Shown piece by piece: positions 1 through 11,056 of a DNA stretch of 64,000 nucleotides (positions are counted from its first letter, which is position 1; each line of letters starts with the position of its first letter). The DNA is taken from NCBI GenBank assembly GCA_951406725.2, contig OX597823.1:72602001-72666000 (forward strand), given 5' to 3'. The notes beneath the pieces are model-generated. The model worked only from the letters and a program-made list of their open reading frames with translations, was not told where the DNA came from and searched no databases. The position numbers and the translations under genes are program-made. Origin of the DNA: Octopus vulgaris. Lineage: Eukaryota.

Positions 1-2129
1 CCGCGCCTCTCGACACGAGAGGCTGAGTGCTGTGAAGGGCCAATCACAGCCGAGGAAGTAATCGAGGTGTTGGGAAAGTGCCCCGGGGAGAAGTCGCCGG
101 GTCTCGATGGTCTGCCCTATGAATTTTATAGAAGTATGCCAAACTTGTTCGGGCACCTGCTGGCTAGCGTCTACGCCAACTGGTAGCAGAATGGGAGAAT
201 TCCCAAGTCTGCGAGCCGGGGGCGGTGACCTTGATCAGGAAGGACCCGAACAAGGGGGACGAGATAGGGAACTTCAGGCCCATAACTCTGTTAAACACAG
301 AGTTAAAGATTCTGGCCAAGGTGCTAGCAAAAAGGTTGGCGCGGGTCGTGGACAAACTTGTCGGGGAAGCGCAAACGTGCGCTATCCCCGGCAGAACGAT
401 CCACGACAATCTCCACCTTATACGCTACTCCTTAGAGAGGGTGGGGAAGCTTTCTGGCGCAGGGGGAGCACTGGTACATTTAGACAAGTCCAAAGCATTT
501 GATAGGGTCGACCATCGGTACCTGGCGGCGGTCCTCGGAGAGGCTGGCCTAGGCCCGACCTTTCGAGGTTGGATCGCTGCTTTGTATAGCGACATCGAGT
601 CTGTAGTCAAGGTGAACGGTTCCTTTTCGAAGCCGTTCAGGATCGAGCGTTCAGTTCGTCAAGGGTGTCCCCTGTCCTCGCTCCTATACGTATTGGCTCT
701 TGAGCCTTTGCTGCGGAAGTTGGAGGCACTAGGGGGCGCGCCGCATGATCTATGGTGTGGAAGAGGAGCTACGGCGTATGCGGATGACACCTCCATCATC
801 GTGGCAGACGAAGGCCAGCTTCCAGTGGTGGAAGAGGCCATAAAAAGCTACGAGGCGGTGGCAGGAGCAAAGGTTAACAAGGACAAGTCGGTCGGTTTGC
901 AACTCGGCACCTGGAGGGGCAAGCCGATGCCGTCCAATAACGTCGTAGGGCGTTGGACGGAAGGTCCTGTTAAGCTGCTCGGAGTCTGGTTCGGGCCAGA
1001 CCTCCAGATTGAGAAAAATTGGAGTGAGGTGGCCAACAAGGTGACCGCTCTAACCCAGACCTGGTCTGGGCGGGCGTTATCCCTGCTAGGGAAGGCGGAG
1101 GTGGTGCAGATGTTTATAGCATCAGTAATCACCTACCGTCTGACCGTGGTGCCTTGCCCCGATTTGTGGCTGAACAAGTTGGAGAGAATCCTTTTCCGAT
1201 TTTTGTGGAAAGGAGGAAAGCCACTTGTAAAGCGCTCTGTCTGCTGCCAGAAACCGCTAAAGGGTGGGCTAGGGATGCCTTGGCTGAGGATGCGAAAACT
1301 CGCGTTAAGGTTGAGGCACCTCTGGCTTTACCTGGATGGAGAGTAGGTGTGGTCGCCGCACGTCCGGTTCTACCTTCCCCAGTTAACATCCCTAACGGAC
1401 ATCGGTGCATGGATCAAGCGGAGACCTAAACTGAGTGAATGGCATTTGGAGTGCCGTCAGGCGCTCCAGCTACTATCTCGGGTGGGCAACGCCGGCAACA
1501 GGAGTTCCACCACGGATTTCTATAGCGGGTTAGTGGAGATTAAGTCCGAAGACGCCTTGGGGGAGACCCTGGGCTACGATGAAAATCAGTTGATCAACCT
1601 GTTCCGGAGGACGTTCGGGCCGGGGTATCTGGATAATTACCAGAAATCCCTAGCCTGGCAGTGTTTCCGTGCGGCTTTACCTGTTCGCGACAAGCTGTCA
1701 AGGCACGGTAGTGCCGTCTCGCCGACATGCCCGCGATGTGAGCAGGATAGGGAGACCGTCTTGCACGCATTCGTGGAGTGTCCGGAGTTATCGGGACTGA
1801 TAGCTTTTGTAGAACAACTGTTTTCAGTGATGGGAAGAGTACAGCTATCAGCTGAGTCTATCATCGAGATTGTGCCGCCCCCTTTCCTTAACAGGGAAAG
1901 AAAGGCTTGTTTTTTCTGTGTAGTAGCCATACTGAAAGAAACAGTATGGAAGACGCGTACGAAAGGTATAGTGACAGGCACCTTTGTCTCCGGCCAGGGG
2001 TTGATTAACTTTTTTAGTTACCACCTCAGTAGCAAAATCAGGCTGGAGAAGAGGTGTCTGTCACGAGATATGTTTGTGAAAAGATGGAAGCCTGTGGCAT
2101 ACAAGATGGGTATGTTTGGCACCAGGTAA
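1..2129 (+). pseudogene. LINE ORF2 (reverse transcriptase + CCHC zinc finger), disrupted
   Basis: Continuous RT-like protein with three lesions: TAG at 184-186, a frameshift in the G-run near 218-224, and TAG at 1344-1346. Natural stop at 2127-2129. Confidence 0.9.
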
Positions 2130-2347
2130 GTGTGACCGGATCAGAAAGTAAAGGATGGCTGGGTGTCCGTCCTTCGACATGATCATTAATATTTTTAAAC
2201 ATTGCCTTCGTAAAATTCATTGTTTATAATCTTATCCGTAATTTCATTCGAAAATTGTAACTGTGTTAAGCTACTTCACCCTTTATATTTGTCTGTCCTT
2301 GTTTGTCCCCTCTTTGTAAATGCCTAAATGGCAAATTATATGAAATA
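1..2347 (+). mobile_element. Tx1/L1-clade non-LTR retrotransposon, 3' part (5' end outside window)
   Basis: GC-rich block. RT motifs KSPGLDGLPYEFY, NFRPITLLNTELKILAK, LDKSKAFDRVDH, VRQGCPLS and YADD (777-788), plus a C-terminal CPRC...HAFVEC zinc finger. 3' UTR 2130-2347 ends in gaaata. Confidence 0.92.
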
Positions 2348-2706
2348 AAGTAGCTTGCTAACACATGGTTCCGGGTTCAGTGCCACTGCGTGGCATCTTG
2401 GGCAAGTGTCTTCTGCTATAGCCCCGGGCCGACCAATGCCTTGTGAGTGGATTTGGTAGATGGAAACTGAAAGAAGCCTGTCGTATATATGTATATATGT
2501 ATGTGTTTGTGTGTCTGTGTTTGTCCCCCTAGCATTGCCTGACAACCGATGCTGGTGAGTTTACGTCCCCGTCACTTAGCGGTTCGGCAAAAGAGACCGA
2601 TAGAATAAGTACTGGGCTTACAAAGAATAAGTCCTGGGGCCGATTTGCTCGGCTAAAGGCGGTGCTCTAGCATGGCCGCAGTCAAATGACTGAAACAAGT
2701 GAAAAA

Positions 2707-2715
<9 letters not shown>
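2348..2715 (+). mobile_element. tRNA-derived SINE family A (CORE-like), lacking its first ~24 nt
   Basis: B-box-like ggttccgggttcagt, CORE-like cttgggcaagtgtctt, internal (TA/TG)n and tail catggccgcagtcaaatgactgaaacaag. Multiple copies in window. Confidence 0.9.
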
Positions 2716-2775
<60 letters not shown>

Positions 2776-2776
<1 letters not shown>

Positions 2777-2983
2777 CGCAGGAGTGGCTGTGTGGTAAGT
2801 AGCTTGCTTACCAACCACATGGTTCTTGGTTCAAACCCACTGCGTGACACCTTGGGCAAGTGTCTTCTACGATAGCCTCGGGCCGACTAATGCCTTGTGA
2901 GTGGATTTGGTAGACGGAAACTGAAAGAAGCCCGTCGTATATATGTATATATATATGTGTATGTGCGTGTTCGTGTGTCTATG

Positions 2984-3024
<41 letters not shown>

Positions 3025-3228
3025 ATAAGTTTGTGCCCCCAACATCACATGACAACCGATACTGGTGTGTTTACGTCCCCGTAACTTAGCGGTTCGGCAA
3101 AAAGGGGCCGATAGAATAAGTACTAGGTTTACAAAGAATAAGTCCTGGGGTCGATTTGCTCGACTAAAGCCGGTGCTCTTGCATGGCCGTAGTCAAATGA
3201 CTGAAACAAGTAAAAAGAGTAAAAGAGC
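2776..3228 (+). mobile_element. SINE family A, full length
   Basis: gcgcaggagtggctgtgtggtaag head through aaaagagtaaaagag tail; preceded by (TA)n at 2715-2775. Confidence 0.93.
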
Positions 3229-3824
3229 ATATATATAATTGCGCGCGCGTTTATGTTTGTCAGAGTGTGTGTGCGTACGTGTATCTGAGTGCTTATGAAA
3301 ATAATATCCATTTGCTGCAAAAGCTGTATCATTTTCATTGGCTTATATATTTGCTAATTTTATCACCTTACATGTACCAACTATTACATGTACTCGGTTA
3401 TTCCTTCATGCAACCATATGAGCATACACAAAATATCCCCGAATTACAAAAGTATTTTTATTCATGTTATGTGTAATTAACTGCCTCCCATTTTATATCT
3501 TGTGCTCTGGCCTTCGATATCAACTATTATATAGACCGCCTGTTTTCTTTCTGTAATTTTATACTGCAATAATTTTGTCCTTACCGATGCGAATAATATA
3601 CCAGTCAAACCAGAGGCATATTTTATTTAAATAAATGTCATTATTACATTGTCTAATTTCTAATTGTGCCTGAGAACAATTCATTCAATGGTGAACATAT
3701 TAACAAATTAGACAAACTACACACACATAAGTGGGGTTAGACAATACATAGATGTGTATGTGTGCGTGTCTGTGTATGTATTTATGTATACACGCATAAG
3801 TTTAAACACACAGGGCCCCCCCCC

Positions 3825-3873
<49 letters not shown>

Positions 3874-4117
3874 TATAATTACAAAAACACACGTCTGAAT
3901 ACATAGAAATTATGTTTGCATCTTTTATTCTATATATTTACTTTGGTCGCTCTTCACGAGGCATAGGTAATCGAAGATATTCGCTCATTTTTTTCTATTT
4001 AGTCACAGACGTGGTCCATTCACGCACATCGAGAGTTACAAAGAGAAGTACACTCCGATTCTACCTGTTTTATTATAATTTTACCGTAAATCTCTCACGT
4101 TGAAACCGTATTTTATT

Positions 4118-4420
4118 TCCAAAAAGGGCAGCAGACGCACATATAACCTACTGCTGGCACGGGGGCGTAGTGTTGAAAAGTAACGGAGTGGGATTCTCTC
4201 GAGGCCCCGAGAGTGTACACTTTAAAACCGAGGGCAATTCTGGTGCCAGCGGTCGAGGTAATACATGCTCCGGTAGCGTATATTAGAATTTTTGCATCTG
4301 AAAAGCTCGTATTCGGAATCCGGGTCTCGAAAACGTGTCCCAGCACCCGTCCTCTTCAGTTGTCTGTTCGCTCTCCCGGCCCTATTCGCCGGTGCGTGCA
4401 CGGTCGGGTCACGGAACTCT
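4118..4420 (+). pseudogene. Decayed 18S rRNA gene fragment (about V3 to start of V4)
   Basis: Collinear degenerate matches to eukaryotic SSU motifs GGCAGCAGGCGCGCAAATTACCCA, GAGGGCAAGTCTGGTGCCAGCAGCCGCGGTAAT, TAGCGTATATTAAAG and AAAAAGCTCGTAG, with many substitutions and deletions. Confidence 0.88.
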
Positions 4421-5541
4421 GCGCGCATTCACGATAATACCATTTAACACGTGTGTCAATCTTTGTATGTTGGTCTCTTCCTCACTCTCTATATTGTCTT
4501 TACAACTATATGCATGCTCACACATTTAATAATAATCAATCTTTTGTGGCCTCTGTCGTATTTTCTTTTATAATTAGAGGGACATATAAACCCATACCAA
4601 TACGCCATATGGCCTTTCTCTCAACTTCTAATTTCCTTGAATATTTTTACCTTCACATTCTAAGTCAGTCAAATCACGCCATCAAAACTTCAGGGGCGTT
4701 TATATCGAAGTTCATAATCTTATGTGTTCCACTTAATTAAACTGAAGCATACAAATATACATTAATCCCATCTTCCATATTCTATGAGAAACAAACATTG
4801 ATCATGCGATAAAACGTGACCTTAAATTGGTTCACCGAGACAATAGATTTTACAGTTCGGTTCAAACACAAAAAATCTATATTTAAATGCACCATTTATT
4901 GAATTTTACTCAACACTTAAAACTAAACAATTCTCCATAAAGAAAACATATCAAGCAATCAAATAGGCAGAAGAACAATTTAGGAATCATCTAACATCGA
5001 AATGAGTTTCCTATTAAATTAATATTTACAATTATAATGTTGAATGTCTAAAGGTGTTTCTTATATTTTCCATTTTTCCATTGTTAGGGATATCTTTCAT
5101 TTTTTTCAGTGGACGTATTATAAGAAAGAATTAATTACTTATTCAAAAAGATATTGAAAATAATTATAGTCACGTTGCTTTATAGAAATATGTAGGACAC
5201 ACTGTATTTTAAAAATATTTAATAAAAAGTGTGTTTAGTTATGTCTTTATATTTTTTCTTTTTTGATTTCCAAGAACCAACAATTATATTTCAGTTTCTA
5301 TTTCCATTCAAATAATTTTCAATGTCTACCTACCCAAATATGTGAATGTGTCTTTATATATGTCAATGAGTTATACATGTCTGTATCTATCAAGCTATCA
5401 CTTGTAAGCTTCTCCGACTGTATATCTCTCTCTCTCTCTCCTCTGTGTACACACACATAAATACATAAGCACAAATATATGTAACATATATATTAATATA
5501 AATCCTTATGTTTATATATACATATACACATAGACATATTT

Positions 5542-5589
<48 letters not shown>

Positions 5590-5602
5590 TATATAAATAT
5601 AT

Positions 5603-5956
5603 AGACGCGGGAGTGGCTGTGTTTTAAGTAGCTAGCTTATCAGCCACATGGTTCCGGGTTCAGTTCCACTGCGTGGCACTTTGTACGGGTGACATCTAAT
5701 ATAGCCTTCGGCCTACAAAGCCTTGTGGCTGGATTTGGAGGACTGGTACCGAGAGAAACCCGTCATATGTGTGTGTATGTTCCGCGTGTCTATGTTTGTC
5801 TCTCTACCAACGCTTGATAAACGATCATGGTGTGTATAGCGGTTCGATAAAAGACAACGATAGAATAATTACTGGACTTACAATGAATAAGTCCTGGGTC
5901 GATTGTTCGACAAAAGGCGGTGCTCCAGCATGACTGAAACAAATAAAAGAATAAAA
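5603..5956 (+). mobile_element. SINE family A, diverged
   Basis: gagtggctgt...ggttccgggttcagtt head and ggcggtgctccagcatgactgaaac tail. Confidence 0.88.
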
Positions 5957-5960
5957 CAAC

Positions 5961-6019
<59 letters not shown>

Positions 6020-6027
6020 ACATGCAT

Positions 6028-6064
<37 letters not shown>

Positions 6065-6106
6065 AAATGTACAAATATATATACATACATGCATACATTA
6101 CATATA

Positions 6107-6150
<44 letters not shown>

Positions 6151-6297
6151 TAAATGGTGATACAGTATGGGCATATTGTTGAAATCCAACGAACGTTTAT
6201 ACAAATATACTTTTTCAGGAGATACGGTAGACCTATTATAATGGGTAATACTACGTGTACTTTTAATTTTGTGATGTAATATTAGGGCTAACAATGT

Positions 6298-6392
6298 TTG
6301 CGGCTGAAGAGAGCTTTAAACCATCTTTTATATCATTAATATACTGATGTAATAACAGATTGTTTATAAAGCTTGAAACACGTGTACCGCGA
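6298..6392 (+). ncRNA. Minimal type-I hammerhead ribozyme motif (Penelope-type)
   Basis: Stem I ttgcgg/ccgcga; core CTGAAGA 6304-6310; stem II gagctttaaac/gtttataaagctt; GAAAC 6375-6379; palindromic loop ACGT; cleavage triplet GTA 6384-6386. Confidence 0.75.
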
Positions 6393-6500
6393 TATCATTT
6401 GTGTTCTGTTTTCAATTTATGTTTCATATATTTTTCACCTCTGCCACTATTTGGCATGTACAGTTGCTTACACTTATCAAGTATTGACTCTAAATTTTTA

Positions 6501-6552
<52 letters not shown>

Positions 6553-6607
6553 GTTGATGGCATACGAGATCTCTCTACCTATACCTCCATTACTCCCCTC
6601 TCTCTCC

Positions 6608-6675
<68 letters not shown>

Positions 6676-6868
6676 GCGCGTCAGTTCTGTGTCGATTCCA
6701 TCATGATTATACTTGTTTCTCCTAGGCACAAACATGTACGTTAAGATTCAGTATGATAGAAAAAGTTTGTTTTCAATAACGTAAAACAATTGTGTTGATA
6801 GCTGCATATGAGAGTTTAATAAATTCTGTTATAAAATGATTTATAATTGCCGTAAATATTAGATCTTG

Positions 6869-6903
<35 letters not shown>

Positions 6904-7236
6904 CTAATTAGTTATTGAAAAATAATTATTTTGATTAATACATTTGTCAATTTTTTATATTCAAGTATTTATTCTTCCAATCTTTTCTTGAACATTAATT
7001 TCTGTATTGCAAACAAAAATCTGTTCTGTTTTTTTAATTTTTTTTATCCACATCTAATTTATCATGATTTATTTAACTGGATGGCATAATGGCCGCTTCT
7101 AGAAAAGTGATTTATGTAAATGTGTCTGGATCGACATAAAGGATTTATCTATTTATTCATATAGCTAGTTATCAATCTATCTATCCATGGATGTTTAGTC
7201 GAATGAATCGGCCTTAGCACTTATTGTTTAAGCCTG

Positions 7237-7272
<36 letters not shown>

Positions 7273-7744
7273 ATATATATATATATATATAGATATATAT
7301 GTATATACATATATAACAAAACTAGGAAATTCGTCATGCTTTCTTCTATAGTTGAAGCTAAGGTATGTATATTGTGCTATTAAATTTATTTAGTACCAAA
7401 CCTAAATTTGTCGAGTTACTTACTATCCTATAACTTTGCTATAAATTTGGATGTAAACTTCTTTTTACCAGATCAAATCTGCATTTTTTATGCCAAAATG
7501 TAGCTACCTACAAGTCCTCTTCAAAATTATTATCAGTTTTCAATTTAGTTAAGAACTGACGTAGAGACAAGCTCTGAAAAGTGCTACGTGGGAATAACTT
7601 GCAGCTTTAAGAATATTATCCATCTAGTGCCGTAGTTGAATTATATATATGCATATTTATGTACATCTATATATATATACTTATATATGTACATACATTT
7701 TAAACGTAAAACAATACACAGTATGAAAATAAACAAGTCGAGAG

Positions 7745-9200
7745 TGTTACCACGAATACTTTTATAATTTTACGCATTTCGGTGCAAAGGCCTTTCGGGG
7801 CTTTTGTATCGCCTGTATTTTAATATTTCAGTTATAAGATTCCTTCCTCTGGAAATATTTGGAGAAAAGTTGGTATTCTCTGTCCTGTACTGTTTGTGTG
7901 AATTTAATATGTGTCTCTTTACAAACCAACCAATTGCGTGTAAGTCTGATTTATCATTATTGCGTAGTGCATATGTTTTTTTTATTAAAAGAAATTTTAT
8001 TCTTACAATCCCTATAATTCTTTCAGTAGCTCTAATGGAAATTTGACTGTCGTCGCATTTCTATAGATGTTTTGTTTTGGGGGAACGAGAAAAACATTAA
8101 CATTAAGCTTATTTAATACATATGTGTTATTGTCTGATGGTACTTATGATAAAGAATTTGTTAAATTTTCTACATAAGATTTTATGCACCACGTAGAACC
8201 TCAGACATAAATTTTCGATTTAATTTGGGCAGTGTACATATGGTGTTGCTTTGTCATGATGTGTCTTTTGTTGGGACATTCCTCAGAGAGGATCTGGAGT
8301 AAGCCAACTGTATATTTAATCCTTAAAATATGGCAGTTTCCCAAAAAACACATTTTCCTTTGATGTGTGGAGCGTGTAAAATGGTGATGTTGTAGCGTTT
8401 AGTGACAGAGTATGGATAGAGATTCTCCTTCGGAACACTTCTGAATTGTATGGTGTTAATATTTTGGATTTCTGCCTCGCTATATATTCAGTAAATATAA
8501 TTTCTGATGTAGCAATTTTACCTCTGAAGGCCACGGATTAATTGTAATGTACCCATTCCACATTTTTGCAAAGGTTAGTAGAGTCGGATCCGTTCTCTGT
8601 GATTTTTTTTATTTTGACGTGCAGCCTAGATAAAGAACTGGTGCCATCGGGGCTCTACTATATATGTTTATCGATATTGTTCAACATCTCACGAAATGAT
8701 ATTAATATGACCTGCATTAAAAATTATATTGATATGATATGCTGTGAATACAACGAGGCAGGAAGAAAAACAACTCCGTACAATTCAAAAAGGGCTTCAC
8801 GGAGAATGGCTAAAATATTCGCGAGGAAAACATAATAGTCCCAAAACGCAATCTTCATATTCAACTTAACGTGTGCCTTTATGCACCATGCCTTCTACAC
8901 GAGAGGAACTTAGAATCATATCTTTAAAGAATACATATTAAGCTTCGCAGTGAGAATATGTTCCGTTGTGAAAAAGACAGGAATCTCATAAGACTATACA
9001 CGCTGGAATTTTCTTGAAATATTTAGTAACGTAAACTTTGTATCTCTATATCGATCACAATTTCACCATAATATTAATAACTTCAGGCTTCAATTAGATT
9101 TGCTTACACTATTGATAAAGTATCCAGAGTTAGATCTGTCTGCAACGAATGAGAAGCAATCGACTTACGATATTTGCTACAACTATTAATTACAAGGCCT
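7745..9200 (-). mobile_element. Highly decayed Penelope-like element (RT + GIY-YIG relic)
   Basis: Minus-strand fragments SRAPMAPVL (~MGSPLAPVL) near 8650 and KCDDSQISIRATERIIGIVRIK (~C..C...YIGxTxR) near 8000-8060, in the expected order. Boundaries approximate. Confidence 0.45.
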
Positions 9201-9370
9201 GACCTATGACACTATACTCCAAAATGATTTTAATTCTATGTATGAGTCTATTTTCGCAGCTAAATTTGCAAAAAGAATTTACTAAGAGTCTGAATGTAGC
9301 TTTGTTGCCAAATTATATTCATCTACATAGTGTACGGTTTCTCAAAATATGTATGCATATATGTATATAT

Positions 9371-9690
9371 GGGAAGGCGGTTACAGCGTCGAGCTTACGA
9401 TCGCGAGCGTGTGAGTTCGAATCCCGGACCGGGCTGCGTGTTGTGTTCTTGAGCAAGACATTTTATATTACGTTGCTCCAGTTCACTCAGCTGTAGAAAT
9501 GAGTTGCGACGTCACAGGTGTCAAGCTGTATCCCTTGGATATCACTGGATATCACTGGTGGCGTGGAGAGGGGAGGCCGTTTTGCATGGGCAACTGTTGG
9601 TCTTCCATAAACTACCTTGCCTGGATTGTGTCTCAGAGGGTAACTTCCTAGGTTCAATCCCTTGGTCAGTCATGACCGAAGGAAATCTCA
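9371..9690 (+). mobile_element. tRNA-derived SINE family C
   Basis: B box gagttcgaatccc, then ttgtgttcttgagcaagaca...gctccagttcactcagctg (CORE-like). Head related to 43180-43430. Confidence 0.8.
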
Positions 9691-9760
9691 GCATGTATGT
9701 ACGTATTAACTACCTACAAGTACATATGTGCGTATATACATGCACACATATATGACGATA

Positions 9761-9960
9761 TAAGGCAGCGAGGTGGCAGACACGTTGGCACGACGAGTGA
9801 AATGTTTAGCGGTATTTCGTCTGTCTTTGCGTTCGGAGTTCGAATTCCGCCGAGGTCGACTTTGCCTTTTATCCTTTCGGGATCGATAAATTAAATACCA
9901 GTTGATTACTGGGGTCGATGTAATCGACTTGCCCCTTCCCCCAAAGTTTCGGGTTTTGAT
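9761..9960 (+). mobile_element. SINE family B, alternative tail
   Basis: aaggcagcgaggtggcaga head and gtcgactttgccttttatcctttcgggatcgataaa central domain; tail gccccttcccccaaag differs from the 38887 copy. Confidence 0.88.
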
Positions 9961-10301
9961 AATGGGCAAATACCGTGAAACTAGTCTGTGGATGATTGAA
10001 CCCGCATGGAAAGCTGATGACTTCCCTAATCGAAGGTTGCAATTCACACAGGATTATGTGATACATAGCTAGCCAGAGGCAATGGCATCTTGGAGCTAAA
10101 CAACGACAGCATTCGTCCTATTTTTCTGAACTGCCATGTTAGCTAGGCGATAACTATATATCTATCTATCTATTTATTTATCATATGCTAGTATGACTAC
10201 TAGCATATGTACATTCAGGTACATCTCTACATATTTATATATATATATATTTATGCATACACACACACACACACGTGGGAGTGCACACATTAACACACAT
10301 A

Positions 10302-10722
10302 TTTTGTTTCACTTGTTTCACTCATTTGACTGTGGCCATGCTGGAGCACTGACTTTAGTCGAGCAAATCGACCCCAGGTCTTATTCTTTGTTAGCCTAGT
10401 ACTTATTCTATCGGGGTCTTGTGCCGAACCGTCGGGTTACGGGGACGTAAAAACACCAGCATCGGTTGTCAAGCGATGTTGGGGGGGGGGGGGGGGGCAA
10501 ACTCAGACACACAAACACACAAACACACACACATACATATATATATATGCATATATACGGACGGGCTTCTTTCAGTTTCCCTCTACCAAATCCACTCACA
10601 AGGCTTTAGTCGGCTGGAGGCTATAGTAGAAGACACTTGCCCAACATGCCACGCTGTGGGACTGAACCCAGAACCATGTGGTTCATAAGCAAGCTACTTA
10701 CCACACAGCCACTCCTACGCCT
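10302..10722 (-). mobile_element. SINE family A, full length
   Basis: Reverse complement of the 2776-3228 copy. Confidence 0.92.
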
Positions 10723-10727
10723 ACACT

Positions 10728-11056
10728 TATGAATTTCTGGTCAAAAACAACATGGTAATGCTTCCGCATCCGCCATTTTCGGTAGTTTTAGCACCTGCGG
10801 TCTTCCATCTCATCTCCAAAAGGAAAATACACCTGAAAGGTCGCCGTTTTAACACTGTTGTAGAGATTCGGAGCGGATCGCAGATGGTCTTCGAATCATG
10901 GAAAACGCCTTCCACGTCGGGTTCCAATAGTTGTAGGTACGTTCCGACCGGTTTGTTGTTGCGCATGGCAACTATTTCCGCAGAGATGATGCTAAATCTT
11001 ATGTTAAGTTATTTTCTATTAAATCTAAAAGTTGTGGAAATTTTCATAACCCCTAT
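10728..11056 (+). mobile_element. Mariner transposase C-terminal relic
   Basis: EFLVKNNMVMLPHPPFSVVLAPAVF..K..LKGRRFNTV resembles mariner HPPYSPDLAPxDF..LKGxRF; a TIR-like end follows. Confidence 0.8.

Noticed and set aside
10014-10040. CTGATGA followed by a cttc/gaag stem
   Set aside because: No GAAA or stem I partner.
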